A DNA stretch of 64,000 bases from NCBI GenBank assembly GCA_964016885.1, contig OZ024762.1:5580001-5644000 (forward strand), in the 5' to 3' direction. Of this stretch, positions 1-12,583 are shown one piece after another. Made by a program: the position numbers and the translations under genes. The notes beneath the pieces are model-generated. The model worked only from the letters and a program-made list of their open reading frames with translations. It had not been told where the DNA came from and ran no database searches. Source of the DNA: Eledone cirrhosa. Its lineage: Eukaryota. Numbering within the stretch: position 1 is the first letter of the stretch; every line of letters starts with the position of its first letter.

Positions 1-145
1 TAGCTGGAACTCCTCTCTGTTACCACTGTCTTCAAACTTATTTTTAAAGACTTTCTTGAGTTTAGAAAAATACCATTGGAAGCAGTGACCAATTATATGT
101 AGTTAATTAACCAATTATAGATAGTTAATTCATTCTATTTAACAG

Positions 146-207
146 ATCTGAAAGATGATGATATGTACAGTAGTCTAAAATACCAGATCATTACCAGACT
201 TACAAAG
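146..207 (+). CDS. Internal exon of unidentified + strand gene (DLKDDDMYSSLKYQIITRLTK)
   Basis: aacag| acceptor, |gtgagt donor; 62 nt, phase 1 to 0, joins in frame to 1727. Confidence 0.75.
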
Positions 208-251
208 GTGAGTTATTAATAATTTTATTAATTTCAATATGTATTTCATTC

Positions 252-825
252 AGTATCGGTAGAGGGTCGGACGCCATGCTTTGACATATAGAGTTACGGC
301 CCTTACCATTCTGAGTTCAAATCCCACTGAGGTTAACTTTGCCTTTCATCCTTACGGGGTCGATAAAATAAAGTACCAGTAATGTACTGGGTAATTGCTG
401 GCCTTGTGCCAAAAGTAGAAACAGTTATTAGTGAGGGCAATGAATTGGCAGCATTGGACATGTTTTGCAGCATGTTATTACAGTGAATTGGCAGTATCGG
501 TAGAGGGTCGGACACCATGCTTTCCAGCGTAGTTACGTCCCTTTACGATCTGAATTCAAATCCCGCCGAGGTTGACTTTGCCTTTCATCCTTACGGGGTC
601 GATAAAATAAAGTACCAGTAATGCACTGGATAATTGCTGGCCTTGTGCCAAAAGTAGAAACAGTTATTACAGTCCTTTGTGTTTTGAGATTGAATTCTGC
701 CAGAGTTAGCTTTGCCTTCTATTCTTCCTGGGTCAATAAAATCAAGTACCAGTTAAATACAGAGATTGATTTAATATGACTTTCCCCTTCCCTTCAAATT
801 GCTGGCCTTGCGTCATAGAAACAAT
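252..825 (+). mobile_element. Three tandem tRNA-derived SINE copies (family A)
   Basis: TGGCAGTATCGG A-box-like, GAGTTCAAATCC B-box, core CTTTGCCTTTCATCCTTACGGGGTCGATAAAATAAAGTACCAG, tail GGCCTTGTGCCAAAAGTAGAAAC; many more copies in the window. Confidence 0.85.
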
Positions 826-1036
826 TATTTCTTCATACTCAAACTGAACTTCTGTTGTCAAAATGACTCTGCAGGACTCTTTGGTCACAACAAATGACCA
901 AGGGTTCCACAGTTGCTCATCAACCACTACATTTGTAGTTCCCTTCTCAAATTTCTGGCTGTCCCCAAGTAAGTATTCATTTCAAAACCAATCTGAAATC
1001 CAATTTTACATCCTCTTTGTGTGTGTATTAGTAACA

Positions 1037-1644
1037 AATGACATTACTCTCAGGTGTGGTGGTCTGAGGTTGAGTGACATTACTCTCAGGTGTGGTGGTC
1101 TGAGGTTGAGTGACATTACTCTCAGGTGTGGTGGTCTGGGGGGAGTGACATTACCCACAGGTGTGGTGGTCTGGGGGAGTGACATTACTCTCAGGTGTGC
1201 TGGTCTGAGGTTGAGTGACATTACTCTCAGGCGTGGTGGTCTGGGGGGAGTGACATTACCCACAGGAGTGGTGGTCTGGGGGGAGTGACATTACTCTCAG
1301 GTGTGCTGGTCTGAGGGTGAGTGACATTACCCACAGGAGTGGTGGTCTGAGGGGGAGTGACATTACCCACAGGTGTGCTGGTCTGAGGGTGAGTAACATT
1401 ACTCTCAGGTGTGGTGGTCTGAGGGGGAGTGACATTACTCTCAGGTGTGGATGTCTGAGGTTAAGTGACATTATCCTCAGGTGTGCTGGTCTGGGGGGAG
1501 TGACATTACTCTCAGGTGTGGATGTCTGAGGGTGAGTGACATTACTCTCAGGTGTGCTGGTCTGAGGGGGAGTGACATTATCCTCAGGGGTGGAGGTCTG
1601 AGGTTAAGTGACATTACCCTCAGGTGTGCTGGTCTGAGGGTGAG
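1037..1644. repeat. 35-36 bp minisatellite (gtgacattactctcaggtgtggtggtctgaggttga)n, intronic
   Basis: About 17 direct tandem units. Confidence 0.95.
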
Positions 1645-1726
1645 CTATGTTTTGTATATCATACCAGAGCTGTAAAAAGTAAGATAAATCTTCCATAATA
1701 TAATATTCCTGTGTTTACATTTTCAG

Positions 1727-1826
1727 AAATCTGCATTACAGTTTTGTCAAGACTGGCAACACCCTTACAGTACAACATTCTTTACAACGAACTCAATACA
1801 GGATATTTTACTATCAAATGATTGGG
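1727..1826 (+). CDS. Internal exon of same gene (KSALQFCQDWQHPYSTTFFTTNSIQDILLSNDW)
   Basis: ttttcag| acceptor, |gtaagt donor; 100 nt, phase 0 to 1, open frame. Confidence 0.75.
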
Positions 1827-2779
1827 GTAAGTGCAGTTTTTCAAATTTTATTTTTCATCACAAATGATTCCTTTTTTTTTTTTTAGATAAGGACTCGGTA
1901 TTGTTGATTTTATTGAGAAAATTAAGCATACCTATAATCAAAGACATTCCAATTGTGGCCATCCCATCTTTGTCATTCTTCAGACATAGTTTATCTTTTT
2001 CATTCTTCAGACATAGTTTATCTAGGATTACATACCCAATGTGTTCTTTAAAAAAAGGACCCGTTATTGATATGTCCCTAGCATCAGGTGGAATAACTTC
2101 ATCAACAAACCCAGCAATAATTGTGACTTACATCATGTGCAAGTGTCAACATGGCTAGTTGCGACACATCGCATGACTCCCAAGTGAGGGACGGACCTGC
2201 TAATCAGGTCCTGTATGTTAGTAAACCCCCCCCCCCCCCCCCTAGAAAGAAGACGTCCCAAGATGAACTGGCGGTAGACAATCTACACAGCCCTGAAACC
2301 CGGCAACAAAAGTTGAAACGATATATTGATAGATGCAACTGACTGGTCATTGGAGCACTTTAGTTGCCTCATGTGTCTCAAAACACAGAAGCTTCTAGGT
2401 CTAAGTAAGTTTGCTTTCATTAAGCAGATAAATGGTGTTCCAATTATGGCCATCCCATCTTTTTCATTTTCCAGATTAGAAAGTAAGCAAGCAGATTTCT
2501 CCATGTATCCAAACCACAACCACATAAATATATAGATGTTAAGAACATCCAGCCATAGAAAGCTTACCAAACAAAAGGTTGGGAGGACCCTACAGTTGTG
2601 TCAACGACATGATAACCTCTCTAGTGTTGGTGCCATGATAAAATGCACTTGGTAGAATGTGGATACAGATTCTGTGTAGATGCATCCAATCCTTGCTAGC
2701 AAGGAATGTGAATGTTAAATGAAGATGATACTTCCCCCACCGCATCCACACCACCCCCTTAAATGTGAAGTTATGTTGG

Positions 2780-3068
2780 TACCACAACATCCAGTCCGAA
2801 ACAAATGAGGTCGTGTAGGTGTCACGACAAAAAAAAAACACACAGTCCACGCTGTAATGTGGCCGTGTAGGTAACACGGTAAAAACCTCCCAGTCCACAC
2901 TGTAAACGTGGTTGGTGTTAGGAAGGGCATCCAGCCATAGAAAACCTGCCAGACAGTCCTATACGAGCAGGACAACAAATCTTGCCATAAGTAAGAAAAT
3001 TCCCGTCCAAACCCATGCAAGCGTGGAAGATGGACGTTAAACGATGATGATGATGATGATGATGATGA
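2780..3068 (+). mobile_element. Retroposon 3' portion ending in (GAT)n
   Basis: gttggtgttaggaagggcatccagcc...ccatgcaagcgtggaagatggacgttaaacgatgatg; related copies at ~39700-39998, ~56990-57190, ~63020-63285. Confidence 0.75.
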
Positions 3069-3257
3069 TATATATATATAAATATACTTGTGTTAGTTAA
3101 TCAACCAACACTAGTGTATGCAGGATAGAGCACTTAACAAAGGAGTAGAAGTCAGCAAGGCTTTAAGTGAACATTAATAACCTGCTAATATATCAGATAA
3201 TGGAATCTGCATGAGTAATTTTTATTTTTATTCATGTAACTTTCTGTTCACTAAATA

Positions 3258-3316
3258 GCTGTCTGATGAGGTCATAACTGTTACATAACAGTTACCATCG
3301 AAATACGTATATCAGC
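3258..3316 (+). ncRNA. Type I minimal hammerhead ribozyme (one stem I mismatch), Penelope-type
   Basis: gctgt-CTGATGA-long stem II-GAAA-tacgta (palindrome)-TA-tcagc. Confidence 0.55.
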
Positions 3317-3403
3317 AATTGTGTAACATATAAGTGAGGTAAATTCTAGCCTACTGACTTATACTTCATTGTTATATATATGTGTGTGTGTGTTTCTTTT
3401 CAG

Positions 3404-3493
3404 TGTTGACTGGAGAAGATCCTTCCAGTGATTCCTTCAATGAGACGATGTTCTATCCATTAACAACCTTCTCACAGTATTTAAACGAGAAAA
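3404..3493 (+). CDS. Internal exon of same gene (VLTGEDPSSDSFNETMFYPLTTFSQYLNEK)
   Basis: tttcttttcag| acceptor, |gtgagt donor; 90 nt, phase 1 to 1. Confidence 0.75.
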
Positions 3494-3796
3494 GTGAGTA
3501 AGAAGAATCTAGTTCTATATTTTTAGCACCCACCGTGCTCACATATATCCACCCCCAGCCACTCAAATATTACCACCTCCACTTCCACCACACACACACC
3601 CATAAATATATCTACTGCTACCATCACTACCACCTACACAACATTCTCAAATAGTTTATTTTCACTTTATTTCCTGAATATTTATTTTTCCTTTTCGTTT
3701 ATTTCATCAAAAACTTTCAGTCTCTCTTGTTCTTCACAGTGTCACTGATAGAAATTAGGTTACATAAATATATATATGTATGTATATAAATAGGGA

Positions 3797-4317
3797 GACA
3801 CAAAGCAGGAGATGGTATGGACATGTGATGTGCACGGAGGATTATCGATGGGTGAAGAAGTGCCAGGAAGTCCCAGTAGGAAGACACAGTAGAGGAAGAC
3901 CACAAAAAACATGGGTGGAGGTAGTGAGAGCAGACCTCAGATCGCTGACACTCACAGAGGAGATGACAAAGGACCGTGACGGGTGGAGAGATGCTGTGCT
4001 GAATAGGACCCGTCCAACCCTTGCAAGCAGGGAAAAGCGGTCATCCTCCATGCGCATCACATGTCCATACCACCTCAGTCTCCTCTCTCGCACACTACAT
4101 TCTATCCCTCTTAGACACAGTTTCTCTCTCAACACATTCATGCTGGGTCGTTAACGCACATTGATATTGCACATCCAACGGAGCATGCTTGCCTCATTTC
4201 TCTCCAGCTGTCGCATATCCTCTGCAGTTGCTGCCCATGTCTCACTACCATGCAGCATCGCGCTCCTCACACAGGCATCATATAACCGGCCTTTCGTATG
4301 CAGGGAGAAACCCTTCT
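3797..4317. mobile_element. Two RTE LINE 3' fragments tail-to-tail (+ 3797-4040, - 4041-4317)
   Basis: RRWYGHV...RGRPQKTW on +; KGFSL..GRLYDACVRSAMLHGSETW...RRLRWYGHVMRM on -; both match the C-terminus of ORF 60496-62991. Confidence 0.85.
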
Positions 4318-4377
4318 TATATATATATATATAAACAAGAGGTATAAGTTAACATTTCATAATTTACTTCTTTTATT

Positions 4378-4436
4378 ACCATTATATATATTTCGGTGAT
4401 AGCCACAATTCAACAGCTATGACCTCTTCAGACAGT
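4378..4436 (-). ncRNA. Type I minimal hammerhead ribozyme, apparently intact
   Basis: Minus strand: actgt-CTGAAGA-ggt/atagc..gctat/acc-GAAA-tatata-TA-atggt; stem I fully paired with G-U. Confidence 0.7.
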
Positions 4437-4509
4437 TAGAAGCAACACATAGAAAACAAAGTTTTTAACTGTTATTTTTACTTTCAGAAAGTAAAAATAA
4501 TTGTTAAAA

Positions 4510-4870
4510 ATTGGCCTTGCAATCGAAAGGTCGTGAGTTCAATTCTCGGACCGGGTGATGTGTTGTTTCCTTGAGCAAGACACTTTATTTCACATTGCTC
4601 CAGTTTACTCAGCTGTAGAAATGAGATGATAGGGACTGGGGTCCATATCATTCCACTGCAAAGTGGTCGTGGAGGTGCCATGGCAAAAAAGCACCCAGCC
4701 CACACTGTAAAGTGGATGTGTAGGCGCCATGGCAAAAAAGCACCCAGCCCTCACTGTAAATGAGGTTGGTGTTAGGAAGGGCATCCAGCTGTAGAAATCA
4801 AGCCAGAATCAGTTCCCGTCCCACCCTTGCAAGCAGGGAAAAGAAGACGTAAAATGATGATGATGATGAT
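4510..4870 (+). mobile_element. tRNA-derived SINE family B with RTE-type tail
   Basis: GAGTTCAATTC B-box, CCTTGAGCAAGACACTT CORE-like block, tail cccttgcaagcagggaaaag..(GAT)n. Confidence 0.85.
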
Positions 4871-5322
4871 GGCATGCATTGTCCTGTAACTCCTGAGGGA
4901 TCATAGGGACATTGTATTGACATACATTTCTAAGGCATCAGCCTGATGGAACCCAATCCTCTCCAGCTCTGAATACAGCCAATTTCTTCCAGAGAATGAT
5001 AAAGAGTGAGAGAATAGATATTGATCCCAGTACTTGACTGATACTCTGTTTATTGACCTCGGCTGGATTGGAACTCAGAGAACAGGGAGCCAAAACAGAT
5101 ACCACAAAGCATTCTTTCCAACGTTCTAACGACTCTGCTTATTCGCAAACAATAAACAAACCTACACATGCATGTACCCTTAAAATATACAATGATTACC
5201 TCTCTTTAATTAATATCCCAGAAAACACGTGTGTATTAACACACATATATTAACACTCACATACATAGACACATATAAACACACACACACATATATGTAT
5301 TTTTTCTCCTTTATCTCTTCAG

Positions 5323-5438
5323 ATGAACCTAACAATACTGACTGTATCAGACTTCTCGGCAACAGAAGACTTCAAGATGTCGCCCTTTGTCACACAAATC
5401 TTGAAACGGACTGTAATTTAGGCAATGTTAACTTCTAA
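5323..5438 (+). CDS. Terminal coding exon of same gene (NEPNNTDCIRLLGNRRLQDVALCHTNLETDCNLGNVNF*)
   Basis: Pyrimidine tract + cag acceptor, phase matches previous exon, TAA at 5436-5438, AATAAA follows; all four exons splice into one open frame; family not recognised. Confidence 0.7.
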
Positions 5439-5895
5439 CTCTAATAAACACAACTCTATTCTATTCTAACTAATAAACACAACTCTATTCTAACTCTAAT
5501 AAACACAACTCTATTCTATTCTAACACACACAACTCTATTCTATTCTAACTCTAATAAACACAACTCTATTCTATTCTAACAAACACAACTCTATTCTAT
5601 TCTAATAAACACAACTCTATTCTATTCTAACAAACACAACTCTATTCTATTCTAATAAACACAACTCTATTCTATTCTAACTAATAAACACAACTCTATT
5701 CTATTCTAACTAATACACACAAATCTATTCTATTCTAACTAATACACACAAATCTAGTCTATTCTAACTAATAAACACAACTCTATTCTATTCTAACTAA
5801 TAAACACAACTCTATTCTATTCTAATAAACACAACTCTATTCTATTCTAATAAACACAACTCTATTCTATTCTAACTCTAATACACACAAATCTA
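5433..5895 (+). repeat. 3' UTR minisatellite (ctaataaacacaactctattctattctaa)n
   Basis: About 16 units of 25-31 bp starting at the stop codon. Confidence 0.9.
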
Positions 5896-6073
5896 TTTAT
5901 TTATTTATTTATTATTTTTATTAAATCACTGCATAAAGTACCAGTCACACACTGGGGTCAATTTAATCGACTTTCCCCTCTCCCAAATTGCTGGCCTTGT
6001 GCCTAAACCAGAAATCATTATTATTTTTATTAAATTGTGGCCAACAAAGAAATTATTATTATTATTGGTGGTT

Positions 6074-6262
6074 TGGCAGTATCAGTATGCCTTCAGACAC
6101 CATGCTTTGCAGCATAGAAATTATGGCCCTTTATGTTCTGAGTTCAAATCCCGCCAGCTTAACTTTCATCCTTACGGGGTTAATAAAATAAAGAACCAGT
6201 AATACACTGGGGTCAATTTAATCGTTTAATTGTTGGCCTTATGCCTAAATCAGAAAGCATTA
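6074..6262 (+). mobile_element. SINE family A copy
   Basis: Same head, B-box and core as 488-668. Confidence 0.75.
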
Positions 6263-6336
6263 TTATTATTCCTAATCAAACCAACCATCATAGTAAGTAT
6301 TATTTATTTTAACTGGCTGCATAAAAAAATGTAAAC

Positions 6337-6549
6337 AACTATAAAAAAATGGTGAAATATGTAAAGGACATTTCCTGTAGGTTTTTAATTTCCTCTGATA
6401 TTTTTACTTTTTCTTTGCCTACTTCTTCCTGAGAGGTTCATGACAGCAGAGTCCAACAGATCCTGTCAGAAGCAACCGCCTCAAACTGATCTGGGTGAAT
6501 CCCCAAGGGGGACCAGCCAAGCTTATGGATATTATCTGACCATCTTGCT
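6337..6549. repeat. Dispersed ~210 bp repeat, second copy at ~28942-29169
   Basis: aactataaaa..atggtgaaatatgtaaaggacatttcctgtagg...catcttgct near-identical at both sites. Confidence 0.8.
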
Positions 6550-6699
6550 TGGAGTCTGTTAAAAAAATAAGTCGGCAGATTTTTAATCAACCAACTTTCT
6601 TCAATTGAATAAATATATATATATATATGTGTGTGTGTGTCTGTATATATATATATTTTTATGTATGTATGTGTGTATATATATATAGCTATGTGCATA

Positions 6700-6735
<36 letters not shown>

Positions 6736-6790
6736 CACATATATATGTATGTGTATATATATATTTATATGAATGTATGTGTATGTATAT

Positions 6791-6824
<34 letters not shown>

Positions 6825-6932
6825 TTCACATAAGTTTTAGTGGATAAGATCAGCTTTAGAAAGACAGGCCTAATGATAATGAATATATGTATCTGTGTGT
6901 GTATGTATATAATATTTATTTATATAGCTATA

Positions 6933-6964
<32 letters not shown>

Positions 6965-8014
6965 AAAAGAATGAATAATAACAGGTAGACATCATAAAAA
7001 GGTAGTTTATTCCGTGTGCTTACAAGTGTTTCCACGGTGGTACTGCAGCCTAGTTCCGCTACGTGCAAATTCACAAGTATTTGCAGAACTCGAATATCCA
7101 ATGCTGTGACCACTGTTTCCTCAGAGCAGAATGGTAAATATACAATGTTAAAACCCTTAAGTGGGGTTGTTGGGGAAGATAGAGTGGAACAGGAAGAGAG
7201 AAAAGTAGGGAAGATGGAGAGAGAAGGAAAGATATGCAGGGGTTGGAGAAGTAGGAGAGAGTGGCTTGTAGATATCTTAATCAAAATGTTATGGTAGGGG
7301 TTTTATTAGTTACTTTTGGAGAGGTGCGTAGATAGTTGAGGTCGGAATTATTTATTGCCCCAGAGGTCAAGTTCATAGATGTTGAGAGGGAGGTAGGTCA
7401 AAGGTGAGAGAGAGAGTGTGTAATGGATGTAGAGAGAGATATATAGGTAGAGAGGGGACAGATAAAGTATATGTGGTGAGTGAACTTTTGGTTTTGTAGT
7501 AGTAATCTAGGAATTGTACTGAGTTACCATGTATAGTGATAAGCAGTGTATTGTCTTGTAGTAAGGGGGAGAAGAGAAGGTTGTTAGCTAGAAAGTGTTG
7601 TAGTTACGGGTTCGAATGTTAAGTTATTTTATAGTGAGAGAATTTAGCTTTTAGTTTGTGGTTGCAGTATAATGATCGTTCAATTCTATCGTTAAGTAGT
7701 TTGTTTTTGGATTTTAGTATGTAAAATAGCTCAAGGTTACATAACCTGCAGTACTTCAAACCACTCCGATATGCATTTGCGCTGGAAAGTATATCCCATT
7801 TTAAGGTGAACTGTTGGTTGTGTTCACGGAGTTGCCAGGTCTTGTTGGCGAGTGTGGTCACAAAACGGTGATTCTGATGTTTGATTGAGAATCGATGACG
7901 GTACCAGCGAGATTTAAACGATGTGGTGGTAGATTCGATATAATACCATTTCTGGTCGTCCGATTCAACCGTGCATTGGTAAACAATGTTGGACTTTAGG
8001 CATTCATTCTGCAA
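6965..8014 (-). mobile_element. Penelope-like element 3' part: GIY-YIG endonuclease (7619-8014) plus 3' pseudo-LTR
   Basis: IVYQCTV..WYYI..TTTSFKSRWYRH..CRLCNLELFYI matches the PLE GIY-YIG pattern; hammerhead downstream on same strand. Confidence 0.85.
7017..7128 (-). ncRNA. Type I hammerhead with long stem II insert, in PLE pseudo-LTR
   Basis: tgct-CTGAGGA-(acagtggt...accaccgt)-GAAA-ca ct tg-TA-agca. Confidence 0.55.
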
Positions 8015-8071
8015 TGGATATCTTTCAGGTAGTAATTAACCACCACTGCATCTTGGATAATCCTATACCTA

Positions 8072-8102
<31 letters not shown>

Positions 8103-8789
8103 TCATCCTTTTACATCCATTTTCTATGCTGACAGGCTTTCAGCAGAGCTAAAGGGATTTTCACAAACAGAATTTGTGTGTGTATACACTAACACACACA
8201 CACACATATATATATATATTAAAAAGTTACAGAATGTTTAAAAAAAACAACACAAAAAGATTTATATGAAATGCCAGTCACAAAATAGTCAATATTTTTC
8301 CCAGATTTTTTCATATATTCAGGAAATTAAAAATTAATAGTTTATCTCTCTGGAATTCCCACTGTCTAAATTTGTTACTGGAAGTTGACTCTAAATTTGT
8401 TACTGAAGTTTAAATATCATTCCTCGTATTGATGGAACTGAATTTGTAGTAATGTAAATAAACTGTCTTATCTAAAGACAAAATTGTGAAATAAAAGAAT
8501 GAATAAAATCTTTCTGTTTGCTTTTTTTTAAGAAACAAAGCTAAATTTTGTCTCTATATATATACACACACACACACATCTAAGAAACTATACTTTCTTC
8601 ACCAGACATACATATTTTATCATATATACTAGCAGAAAAACCACTATAGATGCTAGCAGAAAAACCACCCTTTGGGTGGTTTTCTGCTAGCATGTGTAGT
8701 GTGTATATTGATATTATACGGAGGTATATATACATGAAGATATGATACATCAAATAAAATCGTAATTGACAATATATAATACATAGAAA

Positions 8790-8990
8790 TATATATATAT
8801 GTATGTATATATATATATATATATGTATGTATATATGTATGTATATATGTATGTATATATATGTATGTGTATATATGTATGTGTATATATATGTATGTAT
8901 ATATGTATGTATATATATGTATGTGTATATATATATATGTATATATATATGTATATATATATGTATGTATATATATATATATGTATGTGT

Positions 8991-9022
<32 letters not shown>

Positions 9023-9131
9023 GTATATATATGTATGTGTATATATATGTATGTGTATATATATGTATATATATATACGTATATATATATATACGTATAT
9101 ATATATATATATATACGTATATATATATACG

Positions 9132-9168
<37 letters not shown>
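8790..9168. repeat. (TA/TG)-type microsatellite
   Basis: Direct inspection. Confidence 0.95.
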
Positions 9169-9735
9169 TTTCCTGCCGTGACCATCCTGTGTTTATATGA
9201 TTATCAAGGTACCCACATCTACATCGTTGAATGCGCCTTTCATTGTTTTAAATTAGATATTCAGATTACAGGGAGGTGTGGGATGGAATTAATTCTTTTA
9301 TTTATTTACTTATATCAAACAACAAACACGGTGGCAAGGAGTAAATTAAAAAACTCGCCTTTCTTTTAAAATAAAATTCAAGCCTAAGCTCTCCCATGAT
9401 GCAACGGGGCAAGTAAATGATTTGGCGATTTAGCGACATCAGTTCCTAAAATTTCACCAGGACGAAATCTCAAGAACGATAACTCCGTCTTTACTTAATC
9501 GCAAAAATGGGTTCAAAAATTATTTCGAAACAACACTTGCTATGGACGAAAACGACAATATTAAAAGGATTTTGTGGATTTTTAATAGGTGAACACATCA
9601 TTATATATATATATATATATACATACATGTATATATACATACATGTATATATATATATACATGTATATATATATATACATGTATATATATATATACATGT
9701 ATATATATAAATACATGTATATATATAAATACATG

Positions 9736-9766
<31 letters not shown>

Positions 9767-9862
9767 GTATATATATACATACATGTATATATATATACAT
9801 TGTATATATGTATATACATTATATATATATACATATGTATATACATGTATATATATAGATGG

Positions 9863-9896
<34 letters not shown>

Positions 9897-10605
9897 GTGT
9901 ATATATATGTATATATATACATTTATGTATATATATATATATATACATGTATATATACATGTATATATATATACATTGTATATATATATATACATGTATG
10001 TATATATATACATGTATGTATATATATATATATACATGTATATATATATACATAAATATACATGTATATATACATGTGTATATATATACATGTATACATA
10101 CATACATGTATATATATACACATGTATATATATACATGTGTATATATACATGTATATATATACATGTATATATACATACATGTATATATATATACATGTA
10201 TATATATACATGTTTGTATATATATAGATGCATATATACATGTATATATATACATGTGTATATATAAATATGTGTATATATACACACATATATATATATA
10301 CATGTATATTTATACAGATATATATACATAAATGTATATATACATACATGTATATATATATACACATGTATATATACATGTATATATATATATATATACA
10401 CATACATATATACGTATGCATATATACCTGTATATATATATATATGTACATGTTTATTAATATATCTATGTCCCTCTCCTATATATTTGTGGTTGTATTC
10501 ACATGCTTAAATATATATATATAAGTTTATCCTGGGTTCAATGGGGGTAACCACAGTAAGTAAAATACTCAATACAAATCAGAGTAAAATATTTAATATA
10601 GAAAA

Positions 10606-10654
10606 GCTTCTACAGGACTAGAACTGTCTCATTCGTGAGAAATCATCAGGAAGC
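10606..10654 (-). ncRNA. Degenerate type I hammerhead (GAAA mutated to GAGA)
   Basis: gcttc-CTGATGA-..-GAGA-cag..ctg-TA-gaagc; stems I and III perfect. Confidence 0.45.
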
Positions 10655-10693
10655 TGACATACATATATATGTATACATGTATATATATTCATG

Positions 10694-10724
<31 letters not shown>

Positions 10725-10729
10725 ATATG

Positions 10730-10762
<33 letters not shown>

Positions 10763-10951
10763 TGAAGATATATATATACATGTATGTATATATATATACA
10801 TGTGTATATATATACATGTGTATATATATACATGTATGTATATATATATACATGTATATATATATATATATATACATGTATATATATATAGATGTATATA
10901 TACATGTATGTATATATGTATATATATATACATGTATATATATATACAGGT

Positions 10952-10983
<32 letters not shown>

Positions 10984-11084
10984 ATATATATACATGTATA
11001 TATAACTATATATATATATACATGTATATATAACTATATATATATATATATAGTTATATATATATACATGTATATATATATACA

Positions 11085-11313
11085 TGAGAGATTTGCATGA
11101 CATGGAGGTGGATGTCTTCAACAAACATCTCGACACCTTGTTATCCAGGATCCCGGATGAGCCCACAGCAAGACACGAGGGAAACCTAAGGGCAGCAGCA
11201 ACAAACTCCCTCCTACACCAGTGGCCAACCTATACAGGCTGGAGATAAAATGTGTAGCAACAAGGGCGGTGCCCCAGCATGGCCTCAGTCGGATGGCTGA
11301 AACAGGTAAAAGA
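11085..11313 (+). mobile_element. LINE 3' end fragment
   Basis: Reads [18 protein letters not shown], typical of non-LTR ORF2 C-termini. Confidence 0.6.
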
Positions 11314-11533
11314 GTATATGTGTATATATATATATACATGTATATATATGGATATATATATATATATATCTATAAATGTATATATATATATATATATATA
11401 ATTGTTTCTACTTTAGGCACAAGGCCAGCAATTACCCCAGTGCATTACTGGTACTTTATTTTATCGACCCCGTAAGGATGAAAGGCAAAGTCAACCTCGG
11501 CGGGATATATATTTTGATATATATATACACATC

Positions 11534-11571
<38 letters not shown>

Positions 11572-12552
11572 GATGTGTTCACCTATTAAAAATCCACAAA
11601 ATACTTTTAATATTGTCGTTTTCGTCCATAGCAAGTGTTGTTTCGAAATAATTTTTGCACCCATTTTTGCGATTAAGTAAAGACAGAGTTATCGTTCTTG
11701 AGATTTCCTCCTGGTGAAATTTTAGGAACTGATGTCGCTAAATCGTCAACTTATTTACCTGCCCCGTTGCATCATGGGAAAGGTTAGCGTTGATTTTTTT
11801 TAAAATAAAAAGGCGAGTTTTTTAATTTACTCCTTGCCACCGTGTTTGTTGTTTGATATAAGTAAATAAATAAAAGAATTAATTCCATCCCACACCTCCC
11901 TGTAATCTGAATATCTAATTACCATGAAGTCGGGAGGGGTTAATGTAAACAAAGGGCAATATGTAATCGCTACACCGGCCTCATAATAATTACTATTGTT
12001 CTCCTATTTTTCTTCAAAGTGATTTCGCTTCTTTATTTCATAGAATCATGGCTAATTAATTTAAAACCACTCACTGACGATCTCCGGCCTCTCACCCTCA
12101 GATGTTCTGTCTTCTACAACCCCTTTTAAAACAATGAAAGGTGTATTCAACGATGTAGATGTGCGTACCTTGATAATCATATAAACACAGGATGGTCACG
12201 GCATGAATACCATCGATTACACACATGTCGGGTCATCTTGTCTTGCTCGTTCAAGACCTGTGAATAAAAGTAAACAACAGCAACACGTCTCTACGTCTAC
12301 GCTCGACTTGCTAGAAATAGAAGCCAGGTTTCCTAAGAATTACGGAGGTGAATTAGCTGTGACACATGTAAATACAAATTTTTATATTTTATCTGTGTAG
12401 GAAGATATTAACAATGTTTTTACTTTTGATTATGTATATGTAAATATATGTCTTGATCGCTCAGGTCTGACTTGTCAATGAAAGTAAACAACAGCTACCT
12501 TATGAAATTTTCACCATTTAAACCCCAACAAAATGCATACAGACATATATAA

Positions 12553-12583
<31 letters not shown>

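Larger units (their letters stand above)
9174..12203. mobile_element. Long inverted repeat pair (9174-9603 vs 11569-12203), probable TIR DNA transposon or two opposed copies
   Basis: tgccgtgaccatcctgtg... mirrored by ...cacaggatggtcacggca; right arm has ~200 bp extra (11921-12124). Confidence 0.7.

Noticed and set aside
488-505. TGGCAGTATCG match to U4 snRNA
   Set aside because: It is the SINE A head; the rest of U4 is absent
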